Origin: Anaeramoeba ignava BMAN
Lineage: Eukaryota; Protista; Anaeramoebae
Direction: 5' to 3'
Length of the DNA stretch: 64,000 bases
Assembly (NCBI GenBank): GCA_028826165.1
Contig: JAPDFW010000063.1
Location: forward strand, 1,116,001 to 1,180,000
Shown here: positions 33,991-48,900 of the stretch, piece after piece
Layout: each line of letters opens with the position of its first letter
Numbering within the stretch: the first letter of the stretch is position 1
Made by a program: the position numbers and the translations under genes
Notes under the pieces: model-generated
Databases searched by the model: none
What the model was told of the DNA's origin: nothing
Seen by the model: only the letters and a program-made list of their open reading frames with translations

Positions 33991-34995
33991 ATGTCTAATA
34001 AAGTTTTTAAAGAAAATGAAATTTTTGAAATTGAAGATGAAATTATTGATAGTGATAAAAGTTCTTTAATTGAAGATGCAACAGAATTTGATTCTGAAAA
34101 TGAAGATGAAAATGAAGATGAAATTGAAGATGAAAATGAAAATGAAAATGAAGATGAAAATGAAGATGAAGATGAAGATGAAAATGAAAATGAAGATGAA
34201 GATGAAAATGAAAATGAAAACAAAAACGAAAATAAAAAATCACAAAATACACCTCAAGAACTCAAAAAACAACTTGAAAAAATATTAGCATCGCCTCAAG
34301 GTATCTTAGCTAACACAGGAAAAAATATTAAGAAAAAACTTTTTCAAAAAGAAAGACCGAAAAAAAGTCAAGAAATCAAAATCAAAGAAGAAGATCAAAT
34401 CACACTTTTAACACAAGAACTTATTAATTTAAAAAAGAAAATTCAAGCGCAAAACGATGAAATTGAACAACAATTAAAATTAAAGCAAGATTTTGAGATA
34501 ATTTATGAAGAATTTTCAAAACTTAATCCAGAAAAACAAGATGAAAAATCAAATCAAGAAAACGAAGAAAATTCAGAATCTCAAATTGAAAAGCAAATTT
34601 TGTTATTGCAAGAAAACTTTAAAAAAATAAGGAAAAAATATCAAGAACTTGTAGTTGTTCATGAAACTTCTCAAAAAACAGAAGTTTCTCTTCAACTTTC
34701 GATTCAAAAACTTTCAATCGAACTTATAAATAGTGAAAATCGATATAATGCGTTAAAAGAATATTCAGAACGAAAACTTGAAGAAGCAAATTCGAATGCG
34801 GAAACTATTCAAAAGAAAATGAATCTTGAAAATGACCAAGTTTCTTTTACTTTGTCTGAAATGCAAAAGAGATTCTCAAAAACTCAAAAGGAAATTCAAG
34901 AAATGAAAAAGCTTATTGCTTCAAAGAAAAAAGATAATGAACAACTTCTTGATATTTGCAATACTTTAGTTGAACGTTTAGATAATATGTACTGA
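33991..34995 (+). CDS. TACC-domain (transforming acidic coiled-coil) protein
   Basis: Acidic N-terminus; C-terminal ENRYNALKEYSERKLEEAN..KKKDNEQLLDICNTLV matches the TACC domain end. Confidence 0.8.
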   Translation: MSNKVFKENEIFEIEDEIIDSDKSSLIEDATEFDSENEDENEDEIEDENENENEDENEDEDEDENENEDEDENENENKNENKKSQNTPQELKKQLEKILASPQGILANTGKNIKKKLFQKERPKKSQEIKIKEEDQITLLTQELINLKKKIQAQNDEIEQQLKLKQDFEIIYEEFSKLNPEKQDEKSNQENEENSESQIEKQILLLQENFKKIRKKYQELVVVHETSQKTEVSLQLSIQKLSIELINSENRYNALKEYSERKLEEANSNAETIQKKMNLENDQVSFTLSEMQKRFSKTQKEIQEMKKLIASKKKDNEQLLDICNTLVERLDNMY

Positions 34996-35039
34996 TTTTA
35001 AAAAGGAGATTTAAAAAGGAAATTTAAAAAGAATTTAAA

Positions 35040-36420
35040 AAGAATTTGAAATTAAAATCAAAATCAATTTGAAATTTAAAATGAAAATCAATTTGAAATT
35101 TAAAATGAAAATCAATTTGAAATTGAAAATGAAAATATAAATCAATTTGAAATTGAAAATTTTATAAAAGGAAATTTAAAAGGAAAATCAAAATAAAAAT
35201 CAAAAAAAAATTTGAAATTCAAAATAAAATCAAAATCAAAATCAAAAATCAATTTCAAAAAAATCAAAATAAAATGAAAATATAAAATTTGAAATTTAAA
35301 ATCAAAACCAAAATCAAAATTAAAAATCAAAATTAAAATCAAAAATTTAAAATAAAAATCAAAAATATAAATCAAAATCAAAATAAAAAAAAATCAAAAT
35401 ATAAATCAAAATCAAAATCAAAAATATAAATCAAAATAAAAATCAAAAATCAAATTAAATCAAAAATCAAAATTAAATATAAAATCAAAATTAAAATCAA
35501 AATTAAAATCAAATTAAAATCAAAATATAAAATCAAAATCAAAATCAAAATCAAAATTAAAAAAAAATCAAAATAAAATCAAAAAATAAATCAAAATATA
35601 AATCAAAATATAAAATCAAAATCAAAAATATAAATCAAAAAATCAAAAATAAAATCAAAATACTAAATTAAAAATCAAAAAAATCAAAATATAAATCAAA
35701 ATCAAAATATAAATCAAAAATATAAATCAAAATATAAATCAAAAATCAAAATAAATCAAAATATAAAATCAAAATAAAATCAAAATAAAATCAAAAATTA
35801 AAATCAAAAAAAATTAAAAATCAAAATTAAAATCAAAATTAAAATCAAAATAAAATCAAAATCAAAAAATATAAATATAAATTCAAAATCAAAAATAAAA
35901 AATCAAAATTAAAATCAAAATTAAAATCAAAATAAAATCAAAATCAAAAAATATAAATATAAATTCAAAATCAAAAATAAAAAATCAAAATTAAAAATCA
36001 AAAAATCAAAATCAAAATCAAAATCAAAATCAAAATCAAATCAAAATCAAAAAAAATAAATCAAAATCAAAATCAAAATAAATCAAAAATAAAATCAAAA
36101 AAATCAAAAATATAAATGAAAATATAAATCAAAATCAAAATCAAAATATAAATCAAAATATAAATATAAATATAAATCAAAATTAAAATCAAAATCAAAA
36201 TCAAAATCAAAATCAAAATATAAACCAAAACCAAAATATAAATATAAATCAAAATATAAATCAAAATCAAAATCAAAATCAAAATCTAAATCAAAATATA
36301 AATCAAAATCAAAATCAAAATCAAAATATAAATCAAAATCAAAATATAAATCAAAATATAAATCAAAATATAAATCAAAATATAAATCAAAATATAAATT
36401 ACAAAATCAAAATCTAAATT
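35040..36420. repeat. Degenerate (AAAATC/AAATAT)n hexamer tract, about 1.4 kb, intergenic
   Basis: Visible; almost G-free on the plus strand over most of its length. Confidence 0.9.
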
Positions 36421-36944
36421 TAAATCTATTTAAAAATTTTGATCAAATTTAAAAAGAAAATGATTTTATTTTTTTTTGGAATTTTATAAAATTTTTAATT
36501 TTCTTTTTAATAAATTATTTTTTTTTTTTTGAATAATAAAAAAAAAAAAAAAAGATCAAATAACAAAGTAATTTTTATTTTAAATTTCTAATTTAAATAA
36601 ATTATTTAAATTTCTATTTTGTATTAATTTAATTTCATTTTGTTTTGAAAATTTTTTGCTTTTATTAATTTTAATTGATTTTTTTTATTATCAGATCTTA
36701 TTTGATCTTTATTTAAAAAAAACATAAATTTATTTTTTTTTTTAATTTTGTTTTTTTCATTTTTTCTTGATAGTTTAATTATTTGTTCCGACTTATTTCT
36801 TTTTTTTACTCATCTTTTTACACAAAAATTGTTTTTTTTTTTACATTTTTTGTGTGTTTGTTCTGTTATTTTTTAAATTGTTTTTATTCCTTTTTAAAAA
36901 AAAAAAAAAAACCTTAAAAAAATTTTTTTTCAATATCAAGAAAA

Positions 36945-39900
36945 ATGTTGATAAAATTAATTCAGAAAATTCTTGATAAATCTACTTCCGCAAAAACAAA
37001 GATTGAAAATTTGCAAATATTACAGTTAAAAATAGAATTAATTACGAACAAAAAGGCAACGAAATTAATACCATATTTTATTCAATTATTAAAAGAAACA
37101 CTAATTGATTCAACTCAAGGAAATCACGAAATCATTTACCAAAAATTTGTTTTGGAGATTGCCTATAAATTTTTAACCATTTGTCATGAATTTCGTTTAA
37201 TTTCTCAAAACTTACTTGCAATTTTGGAAATTGTTACAGATTTCATTCAGAAAATTTTCGTTAGACTTCAACCACCAATTATTTTATTTCCTTTAATTCT
37301 CAGGATTTTAACTCTTGAATTTTTCATCTCAACAGAGAAATCCGATTTTCTTGCAAGAAATTCGCTTCAATTATCATCTTCAATGCTCAATATCCTTTAC
37401 AAATTGCTTAGTGACATTCTTCCTTTATCTCTTGACAATTCGCCCCAATTAATCGCAAAGCAAATTGCCATTCTAAAGACTGTCCGTGATGTTTTTGACA
37501 TTCTTCTCATCAAATCAAAACGCAAAATTTGGCGCAAAAAAGACACCTTCATTTTGCATGAAATTGCATTGAAATTCTCGCAAATTCACTTGACTTTATC
37601 TCTAAATCAAATCAATCCAAATGTTTACTCTCAACTCCTTCACACTCGTTCAAAAACCATTTGCTTTCTATTTTCTTCTCGGCTCAAAACTGATCCCCAA
37701 TTCAGACAACAATTAGTTCCTTTGGCAATTTCATTTTTAAAAGAGGCATCAATTGACGAGTTCAAAGAAAAAAACGAAATATTAAATTCTCTTTTGGATT
37801 ACAAAGACGTTATAAAAGACGAAATGCACCAACTGCTGCTTGATCCCCAAATTCTTGAAGACAGTATTCTACTTGGCGAATGGCACTCCTCAAAGCAAAT
37901 GAAATACTCTTACAAACTTGGGTTCCAAATCCTAGACGCAATTTTTCACAAGAATATTGTAAGCAAATCTTTGATTAAGATCATTGATATTCATCTCAAA
38001 AATTTGTTCGATGCAAGAACCCCCTTGCTTCAAAAAACACTGCAATTCCTCAAGCTTATAGACATCATGAAATCCAGTTCTTTTAATCCTCAACAAAAAT
38101 ATATGCTCTTCTTAAAAATTCTCAAGTCCCTAATCTTGAAATTGTCCAATTTGAGAAACAACATCATCTTGATAAATAAATTTGCTAAGCCAAAATACAA
38201 GCAAAAATTTCTTCATAAAAACCATTCTTTGCTTGAAATCTCTTCTTTTTGTCCTATTAAATATCAATTCGCTCCTTTGGTTAGCAAAAAAAATAATTTC
38301 AAAAATGTTCGCGAAGCTGTAAAAATTTTACTTCAACAACTTTATTCTATTCTTGATCTTCAGTTGAACTTCTTTAAAAATTCCAAAAATAATCCAAACA
38401 ACTCAAATCAAGATCTTCAAAATATTCCCTTAAATTCCCAAAATATTCCCAATCAAGATCCTAATTATTCCCAAAAAAATATCCCAAATTCTGATCCTTC
38501 TGAAAATAATTTACAGAATGAAGCAGATCGTGTTGATCAATTTCTCAAAAATTCTCTTGCAATTGAAATTTTTGAGCTTTCTCAAGACTCAAAAAAAATA
38601 TGTTTGACTGATGAAGGATTATCTTCATTTATTAAGATGTCAAAAGAATTGATTAAATGTTTTGAGATTATATCTGAATTGGATGAAAATGAAAATGAAA
38701 ATGAAAAAAAATGAAAATCAAAATGAAAATCAAAATGAAAATGAAAATCAAAATGAAAATGAAAATGAAAATGAAAATCAAAATCAAAATCAAAATGAAA
38801 ATGAAAATGAAAATCAAAATCAAAATCAAAATCAAAATATAAATAATCAAAATCAAAATCAAAATCAAAATATAAATAATCAAAATAATCAAAATCAAAA
38901 TGAAAATCAAAATGAAAATGAAAATGAAAATGAAAATCAAAATGGAAATCAAAATGAAAATCAAAATCAAAATCAAAAATGAAAATCAAAATATAAATAA
39001 TCAAAATATAAATAATCAAAATATAAATAATCAAAATCAAAATAATCAAAATAATCAAAATCTAAATCAAAATTTAAATCAAAATGAAAATAATCAAAAT
39101 AATCAAAATCAAAATAATATAAATATAAAAAATCCAAAATTATCAACTCAAATCGGTGTCACCTTTTATAGAGAACTTGGATTGATATTCTCAATGATCG
39201 ATATCAAATTTCACAAGAAATTCTTCGCATTAAACCTAGAATCCCTTCTTGATTCTTTTATTAAATACACAGAACCAGAAACTGTAATGAAATCCTTTTT
39301 TGTGGATAAAGACTCCTTTGCAGAATTATCCAATTTGGTATTCAATTACATATCTCAACACCATAATGATAAAAGCAATTTCGAAAATCCAAAAGTTTTG
39401 TTTGCATACAAATTCTTCGAATTCTTTCTTTCTTCAATAGAAAGCTTTGAGGAAAATGTTCAACAAAAATTATTCCAATCAAATTTTACAAGAATTATTC
39501 CCAAAATCATCAGAAGATCCTTCACTCTTACACAAAAAACTAAATTCTCAATGCATTTCCTTAAATTTCTTACAATGATCTTCTCCACTCTTAAAAAATA
39601 CAAAAAGTTGCATAATTATCTCCTCAACTTCATCCCATCAATCCTTGAAATTTGTTCGTATTTTTCTCCACATTCTCAAGAAATGCATTTGGAATGCATC
39701 CGCTTACTTTTAAGCATCCCACTCCAAATCCCAATGATCATCCCATATTTACTTCCTTTCTTTGAGCAACTCGCACATGGTTTGAATTCAAATTCTGAGG
39801 AAATTGCTGAGATGAGTTTGAAAATTGTTGATTATTTTATTGAAAATATCCAACTCAAATTTCTTTTTGATAAAATTGGTTTGATTGAAGAACAGTTTGC

Positions 39901-42900
39901 ACAGGCCTTAATTCGCCATTTGGATTCTGTATCACCAAAACTATCTGCAAGAGCATTATCAATCGTATCCAAAATTGGTTCATGGAACCGGAGATTTCTC
40001 TACTCAAAAGTTCACAGATTTGAAAGTAAAAAACCTTTTAAATATGAAAGAAGTGGACTTGAATTTGCTCTCCATTTCCCTGATATCAGCAACAATACAA
40101 GTCAAAATTTGTGCATAAAATTTGATGAATGCATTGAAATTTCAATCGAAATTCTTGAGAATGGAATTGATGATGAAACAAAACTTTCTGCTTTCCAATT
40201 ATTAAAAAATTGTCTATTTGGATTGATTGGGAAAATTTCGCTTTCTGCAAAAGATTCTAATTCTAATTCTCCAAATTCTCAGCTAGGAACAGAGCAATAC
40301 TACAACACCCAAGATCCAAACACAACGATCCGCGATAACTTCCAAAATGAAGGTGATGATATTATTGTGAAGAAATTTGTCAGTTTTTGGCATAAAGTCG
40401 ATCACACAACAAAAATTTTGATCAAAAATATTATGGCTGCTCTGTTTAAAACATACTCAAATCCGTTATTTCAACCTCAATCCAAGCATCTTATTGATTT
40501 GCTAATTACAGTACTATTTCAAATGGTGCTCATCACAAAAAAACACAACTTAAGTTTGTGGAGAAATGATCTGGATCAGAAAAAAAGCGGGAATCAAACG
40601 GAATCAAATCTTGAAAAAAAAATGAGCATTTCAATCGATTCCCTTTCAGATCAAAGCTCAAATTCAGAGTCGCTTTCTTCCTCCATTTTAGATTCAAGAA
40701 CACAAAGTCCATTCAACAACAATCCATTAAACAAACACCACAAATCCAATTCTCCTATTAATATTCATGATCCCTCAAACCCATCAATATTCAAAACACC
40801 AAATCCTTCTGTTAAAAGAGAAGCAGATACTAAACCTGAGATCCAAATCCAAAAATATAAAAACCACAATAGAAAAGCCACAGAAACATTCCAAAAAATG
40901 TCTTCTCCATTCGTTATCTCGGAATCCATACTTCAAATCTTGAGAGATCCTAAATGCGAACAAACTGGAATCGAATTGATTTACAAATATATTGAGATCA
41001 TCAAAAAACTTGGTTCAGAAATTGTCTTCTCTGATTTTATCAACAATTTTATGAATCAAGCTGTTCATTATTGCTATTTGCCTGCTATTCAATGCAAATC
41101 AGTCGGATGCCAAATCATTTCCATTTTCTGTTCCACTCTTGACCCTTTTGTTATTGTGGAAAATTATTTAAATATTGTCAATGGATTGCTTTCTGTGATT
41201 GAAAATTCTCCAAAGGATTCTTCATTTGTTTTATACCAAAAGGCAAAATCAACACTAATCCAAGTAATATCAAAATTACTTGATATTTATAGCATAGAAC
41301 AACAAGACAACCCTCTTCAAAGAAACCCACAAAACATAAGCAACTCGGATCTATTTCCTGGAAATGAAAAATTCACAAAAATACCTTTGGACAAAATGGA
41401 TAACGAAGAAGATTATCCCTCAAACGAAATTGAAATGGAAATTGAAATTTGGGAAGAATCTAATAATCAAGACCAAATCAACCCATTCGCAAAAAATATG
41501 CAAACACCAATTATATGCGAAAATCTGTTGTTACTTCTATTTCAAGAAGTATTCTCGCCAAACGAGGCTATTGGCAAAACATGTCAAGAAATTATAGAGA
41601 AATTTTATCCACAAAATGAAACACTTTTCACAAACATCATTTCAAAGTTTTCCAGTCAATTCTATTCTGAAAACAAATTTCTTGGAGATAATTTTCTCTA
41701 TAAAGTTTCTGCTTCACAGACAAGAATTCTGAACGCAATTTCCTTTATAATGCGGATTTCTCCACAAAGCTTAAGCGATACTTCCATAAACTTTCTTTTG
41801 AACTTGGTCCATTATACTCTGCTTTTGTTCCAAAATAAAGTTGTTTATATTTATGATGATCAAGACATTCAGGGACAGTTATTTCAATTCTACAACGAAA
41901 AATACAATTTCCAAAAAGAAAAATTGGATCCCAATAAGGACTGGAGAAAAATCCCACATCCCAACTATAAATCTTCCCGCAACCAAAAATCACTTATGAA
42001 GGCAACAATCAACTTTTTGTCTCAAATTATTTTATCCAAAATTCTAGTTTCTCCAACTCAACAAAAAATCAAGAACAGAATTGTATACGCGCTTTTCTCA
42101 CTGATTTCTCATGAAAACAAGCGCATTGTCCAATATTGCAATTTCCGTTTGGAGAATATCATTTCAGAGCAGCTGATTTCCTTATCAAATTTCGAAATGA
42201 TACTCACAATACATTATGAATTTTTGCAAAAAAATCCAGAAAACTTCTTCATCTTTTTGTCCGCTGTGCAGAAGCTTTCAAAGCTCTTTTCAGGGATATT
42301 ACAGCCTAAGTTCGGATCCATTCTTATTGATTACATGAAGAATTTCTATCATTCAAAAGCGAAATCAAAGACAATTGCTTGGCTAATTACAACGATTATG
42401 AACATATTCGAATTTATCCCAAATCAATCATTTATTCAAGACTTGAAGGATATCACGCTGCATTTCCAAGAGAAAATCAAAGGAATCATGCGAGAGCAGA
42501 TCCAGAAATCACTTGAAAATTACGCAAACAAATACCCTTATTATTTTATTGATTATTTCTTAGATTCGGTTATTTCTGGCGAAAATGAAAAAGAAATTGC
42601 GCTGTTTGTTTCCATATTTACAAACCAAAAATCATCCAAATTAAGAGAGTATCTGCTTGAAAACTGCGAGAAATTTATGGAACGCGGTTTTCGCAGAAAT
42701 GTACCCTCTGAACATCCAAATCATATTCCTCATCAACCCTTTTCATCATACCCGGCCAGAATGAAAAACCTGCAGAAATCTTTTTCGATACTCCTTTCTC
42801 TATATCATTTCTCGCCGCAAAAAACACTCCAAAAAACAGAACTGATGGATGGAATTATTCAGTATTGGAAAGTGCTACGAAATCGGTTGAAACCTCAAAA

Positions 42901-45900
42901 AAGTAGCCAAAATTATTGGAATGTCTTTGAACACGAAAACCTTCTTCATTCACTCTCCAAAATTCTCGTCACATATTTCAAATACAAACGAAACACAAAA
43001 TTACTGTTTCTTCTGTCCAAATATTTCCAAGAACGCAGAATTGCAGACGACCGTTTTCTGCGCGATTTCTTTTTCGTAACGTTGCCAACTATCTGCACAA
43101 CAGAAGTCAAGAACGAGATTATCCAACATTTTTTGGATAAATTGGAAAACAAACCAAACATTTCGGTCTCCAAAGTATCTCTGGTTCTGAAAGCAGTTTA
43201 CATACCTCTCCTTAAATCCGAAAAAGGAGAAAACCCAAATAACACCATTTCGCAAAGCGTTCCTTTTATCCTCGAGAAACTGTTTGCCTTATTGAAAAAC
43301 AGACAAACAGATCCACAAGTTGCTCTTCAGTACAACCAAAAGGAGGATACAAACGATTTGATTTCCCAAATACTGCAAATAATCTATCTTCTTTTCAACG
43401 CTTATCCGAATCTTCTTGGAAACGACTTCCGTAATGCGATTTTCAACTTTGCGATTGAACAAACACAAAACAGAAATATCACAGTGCGCAAAAACGCATA
43501 CTGCGTAATTGTTTATCATTTCGATTTGTACTACCGCAGAGAAGATCAGGGCGAAATCACCAAGACATACCAATATTTGATCAGAGAATTGAGGACGTTT
43601 CCAGGAAAAGCAATCATGAGAATTGTGAGCGATTTCACAATGAGGATATCAATGGAAAAAAGCTCCGCCGTCGATTATTCAAAGCAAATCCCCAATTGGA
43701 TATTGATCCTGAAATGGGAGTTGTCACACGACTACGATGCAGTTTATTCAAATTCGGAAATATACAAGATCATTCTGGAAAACCAGCATTTTTTCTATCA
43801 GTATCAAACTCTTTTTGTGTTGCCGCTTATCCGTTTTTTCAAGATTCTCCACGATTCCGAAAATGAAATTATCAGGATCATTCGCACAATTATTATATGG
43901 AAAAAAAGAGCAATCAAAGATCAAGAAACCGAAAAGCAAGAAACACAACCGACTCAAAAAGAAGACACTCAAATTCCCAATACCAAAAATTTCCAGAGAA
44001 ACATTTTTGCCAAGAAGCATTTAAACACGCAAATTTTCAATAGAATCACAGAAGTTTTGATATATTTCTCTCTCACAAACAAAAAACTTGCTGATGGGTG
44101 CTTGGATTTGCTCCGGAAATGCTCCAGATATTGGAAGGATAAGCAAATTTCTGTTAAGCATATCTTCACTGTTTCAAATAATTTTATTGTTAGCAACGAA
44201 ATGAGATCCCATGTTGGGTCGCAGATACTGTTTATGAACACTAAGCGCCATCCGTATTCCATGATTGTGGAAAATGGTGATGATTTCTTAAAATTGCTCC
44301 AGGATTCGCTTCCCGTTCATCAAACAGATCTTCTCATCTACGGAAGTAAGCTGATGAAAAACTTGCTGATGCCAATTCTTTCAAGTGAAATTTTCCCGCA
44401 GTCGTCAAGCAAACTTACTGAACAGCAACTCACTGAAATTGCGGAAAAAATGAAATATGTAGCCTTTTATATGGGTGCTTCTTTTCTTTCCCAGATCATG
44501 AGAAGTGACTGGCGAGAGGTTAGTATTTTTGGAGTTTCCATCTTTTTCCGAACAACTTATCCTTTTTTCCCGAATTTGCTCGATCAACATCTGAAAAACA
44601 TCTTCTCAATTTTCGAGTATTGTGTGAAAATGCATGCTGGTGATTCATCTCGAACCCAGATATATAACGAGAATCAGCGTAAAAACATTTTGAATAACAT
44701 TCGGGATTCTTTTTTTATGCTCAGCTTCAGATTACATGATTATCCGCAAATCAGGAAGAAATTCTTCTTGTTGATAAATAAGCTTTTGACAAGAAGTGCG
44801 GAAGTTGAGCTTTTAAGAGATATTGTTGGGGTTATTCAAACATGGATGATTCGGGGGGAAACGAACGAAAATATCAATCCAGAGACTAACCACGATTTCG
44901 AGGATCCTTTTATCACACTCGAAATATCCAAAAACCAAAAACAAACCGGATGGGAAAAATGTCACAAATACATACAGCTCGTCTTATCTCCAGAAGAGAA
45001 AATTATGTTCATGCATAGTTTTGTTGTTTTGTACAGCAACGTTTTCGATATCTCAATCCGGCAATTAATTCTTGATATTTTACTGCAAGTTTCCAAGGAT
45101 GAGAAATTGAAAAGCTCGCGCGAGTTTTTCCAGCAGATGTTCATGTACGGATTGGTTTCAGAAGATAAAGCAACGCGGAAGCATTTTTTCAACATTATTC
45201 ACGGAATCATGCCCAAATATCCTCTTCGAGAAAGGGTTGTGCATGTGATTACTCGCAAAGAATGGAAACCGAAAATATTTCCGTTCTGGATTAGACATAT
45301 TTTGAAATTGACGATACAATGCGCAGACATGAAAAGCAAGCTTGTGTATTCTTTCAGTTCAGAATCTATTTATTTCTCATCGCAAACAGAACAACAACAA
45401 AGAGAAAGGCAAAAACGAAGTTCGCGCAGTATTTTAAACTTACTGACCAAATTAGACCAGAATTTGGAGTCAATTGAACTCAGATTGCTACTTGAACCCT
45501 TAATCGATCTACTCGACAAGGATCCCCGATTCACACAAGCGTTGTGGCCTAATTTCTTCTGGCAGATTTGGGAATCAATCCTCGATTCAAATGAAGAAAG
45601 ACAAGAAATTGCAAAGTCGCTGATTGATCTTATGCTCGAAGAACCAACTCACATTAGTCCAGAACTTTCCAAATCAATATTAGAAGGCTTTTTCTTGTGC
45701 CAACCAAAGATTTTCATTCCGATCGAAAAGCTCAAGCTTCTTTCAGAATATTTCAAAGAGTGGCATATTGTGACATCCTTAATGGAGGAACACAACCCGC
45801 AATTTGTCAATTTATACACAACGCCAAGGGATATTGGCGATAAGCAAGAAAGAGATGAAATGAACACAGAGCTGTCCATAATGTACCATAAATTGGGGGA

Positions 45901-48900
45901 ATGGGATTTTTTATACGGTTTGTGGGATAGTATTTCCGCAAATGAAAATACCAAAGAAGGCATTTTTTTCGCTAAGCATGGAATGTGGGAGAATGCTCAA
46001 ATTTCCTTTGCAAAATCATTAGAAAAACGAGTCTTTATCACAAAACCCGCAGCTCGTCAGTAAAGGAGAAATTGGATTTTGTGAAGAACAGTGGATATAC
46101 TCTTCCCAAATGCTTTCCCAATACGATAATCTTTTCAAACTCGCCAAATATTTCGAGCACGATCCACTACTACTTGATTCTGCTTGGAAATCTGCGAATT
46201 GGATAGAGTTTGAACGAACCATCAAAAAGGAAATGATTCACGATTCTCAATTTGTTCTTTATATTGGCTATCTTCGTTTCCAAAAATCTCAGAAAAATTT
46301 ATCCCTAATACTTCAAAACTCTTTTGTAAATCAATATCTAAATCAATATCAAAATATAAATCAAAATCAAAATCAAAATCAAAATATAAATCAAAATCAA
46401 TATCAAAATCAAAATCAAAATATAAATCAAAATCAATATCAAAATCAAAATCAAAATCAAAATCAAAATAAAAATCAAAATCAAAATCAAAATCAAAATC
46501 AAAATCAACATCAAAATCAAAATATAAATCAAAATCAAAATAAAAATCAAAATCAAAATCAATATCAAAATCAAAATCAAAATATAAATCAAAATCAAAA
46601 TATAAATCAAAACAAACGCTATCAAATAAGAACACGACAAACATCTTCATTGACTCCAAATTTCCAAGTCAAGGAATTTAATACACCAAATCTTCAAACT
46701 TCAATCTATAACAAAAATTTTTTCGCAAATAAAAAATATCCGCAATACCAAAAATCCAAACTTCAGTATCACAAACAATCACCTAATCTAAGTTCTGAAC
46801 AGAAAACTCTCATTTCAAATGAATTTCTTGATCACGAGAAAATTTACACAAAAATAAGATCACTTTTATTAAGCGAATGGGCAAGCCTTCCAAAACAACT
46901 GGATAATTTACACATAAAGTTTTTGCAGAAATTGCAATATCATCACGAATTCATGGAATCTGTTGCTTTATTCCCACAAATTGCAAATGCACCCTCACAA
47001 GAAATCACAAATCGATTAAACTATTTTTTCCGTACTTGGCAAGAAAGACTTCCTTTGAAATGTGAAGATCTAATGGTCTGGGAAAATGTTTTTAATTGGC
47101 GAAAACAAGTATACAGTTACATTTGGGATTTTATTCAGAAAATTGATCCGATTTTCCAAAACAATCCAATTTGCATTCATGAGTATGGAAAAATGATTGC
47201 GAAAATTGCGAATATCCACCAAAAACATGGTGCAATTCCACAATGCCTGAATTCTTTGAATAAAGTATTTATTTTGGCAAACATATCATCAAGCGACATG
47301 GTGAAAAACCTCAAAACAAAAGCGAAATGTTATCAACAAATGCCCGAAAAGATTCCAGAAATGCTTGATTTTTTAACGGAAGACAATTTGTCTCATTTCC
47401 CAGATCCAAACCAGCGTTCTGTGTTTAAGAGATTGAAAGCAGAGCTTTTAACGAGGATTGGCAATTATTCAGAGGCAAACAAAGAATTTTCCGAGAGTGT
47501 CCAAACAAGCGAAAAAATTGGGAAGAATTGGGAATCTTGGGGGAAGTTTTGCGACCAACTTTACACAACAACGAAAAATCCGGTTTGGGGACAACAAGCA
47601 ATCACGTATTATTTGCGTTCAGTTTATCTGTTAAATGACAAGAATTTTGCGCTTATACCAAGAATATTGTATCTTTACAACCATCCTGAAGTATTCAAGC
47701 TGAGTTTTGGGATGTCTATGAGTATTTCGCCTTTTCATCTCCCGCTAAATCTATGGATCCCATGGTTTCTTGAGATTCTCAATGGGGTTTTCCAAAAAAG
47801 TGATCCGCAGATATACAGACATATTTTAAACAAAATTGCAGCCAAATATCCACAATCTATTTATTACACAGTAAAAGTGATGATCCAAATTTTGGTGATT
47901 GGAAAAATCAAAGGAAAGAAATTCGAAGAGGCAATTAATGCGTTGAATGAGTTGATGGAAAATCTGAAGCGATATGAAAACGAGAATTTCGAGATTCACC
48001 AAATGTACAAATTCCAAGTTCCCACACAACAAATTGATTTACTGATTCGGTCGATAATTGCAAACTATCACAAAGATGAAGAAATTATGAAGATGGAAAC
48101 CTCGTTCGATGTTTTATTGAAAATGTTGAGAAAATGCAAATCACTTCAAGATCACGTCCCAATCGAGAAACTCTCATTTATTGCAAATAGCACACCAAGA
48201 ACACCGAAAAATTCCAAAAATAGTTTCGATCCAAATAATCCCAAAATAAGCAGTACACTTAGTCTTAAGGAGTGTTTTGAAAGATTTTTAAGATTTAGAT
48301 ATGAAAAAGAACCCGAATTTAGGATGAAGAGGAAAAGCAAGAACCTTGAGAAAGAAGACGAGTTTCTTGCGAGATTCCAAGGCCAAGAACTAGTGGAAAT
48401 ACCTGGACAATATTTAGTTTTAAAATTGAATCCATCGCAGCATGTGAAAATACATCGAATATATCCCGAAATACAAGCGATTCCAAATCATCCATCATCA
48501 GATCGCAAGATTATCTTTATTGGAGACGATGGGAAATTATATCCGTTCCGAGTTCACAAATCATCACACAGCGAAATATTTACAGAAAGTAGAATCACTC
48601 AATTACTGCAATTCCTCAACTTCCATCTCGACAATTACATCCAAACAGCCAAAAGAGGAATCCATTTCCATGCGTCTCCTGTGATTGCAATCACGAAGGA
48701 CACACAGTTAATCAGCGAGGATTCAACAAAGCTATGGTTCGAACAGGTTTACTTTGATTACTGCACAAATACTCGGCACAATATGGAACCTTTTTTGTAT
48801 CATTTCGAAAATGTAGTTGAAACAGGAGATCCCCAAAAGGATCTTCAAAACAAAATTAATGTTTTCAAAGAAATTCAGGATTTGTATGTTCCCGAAAATA

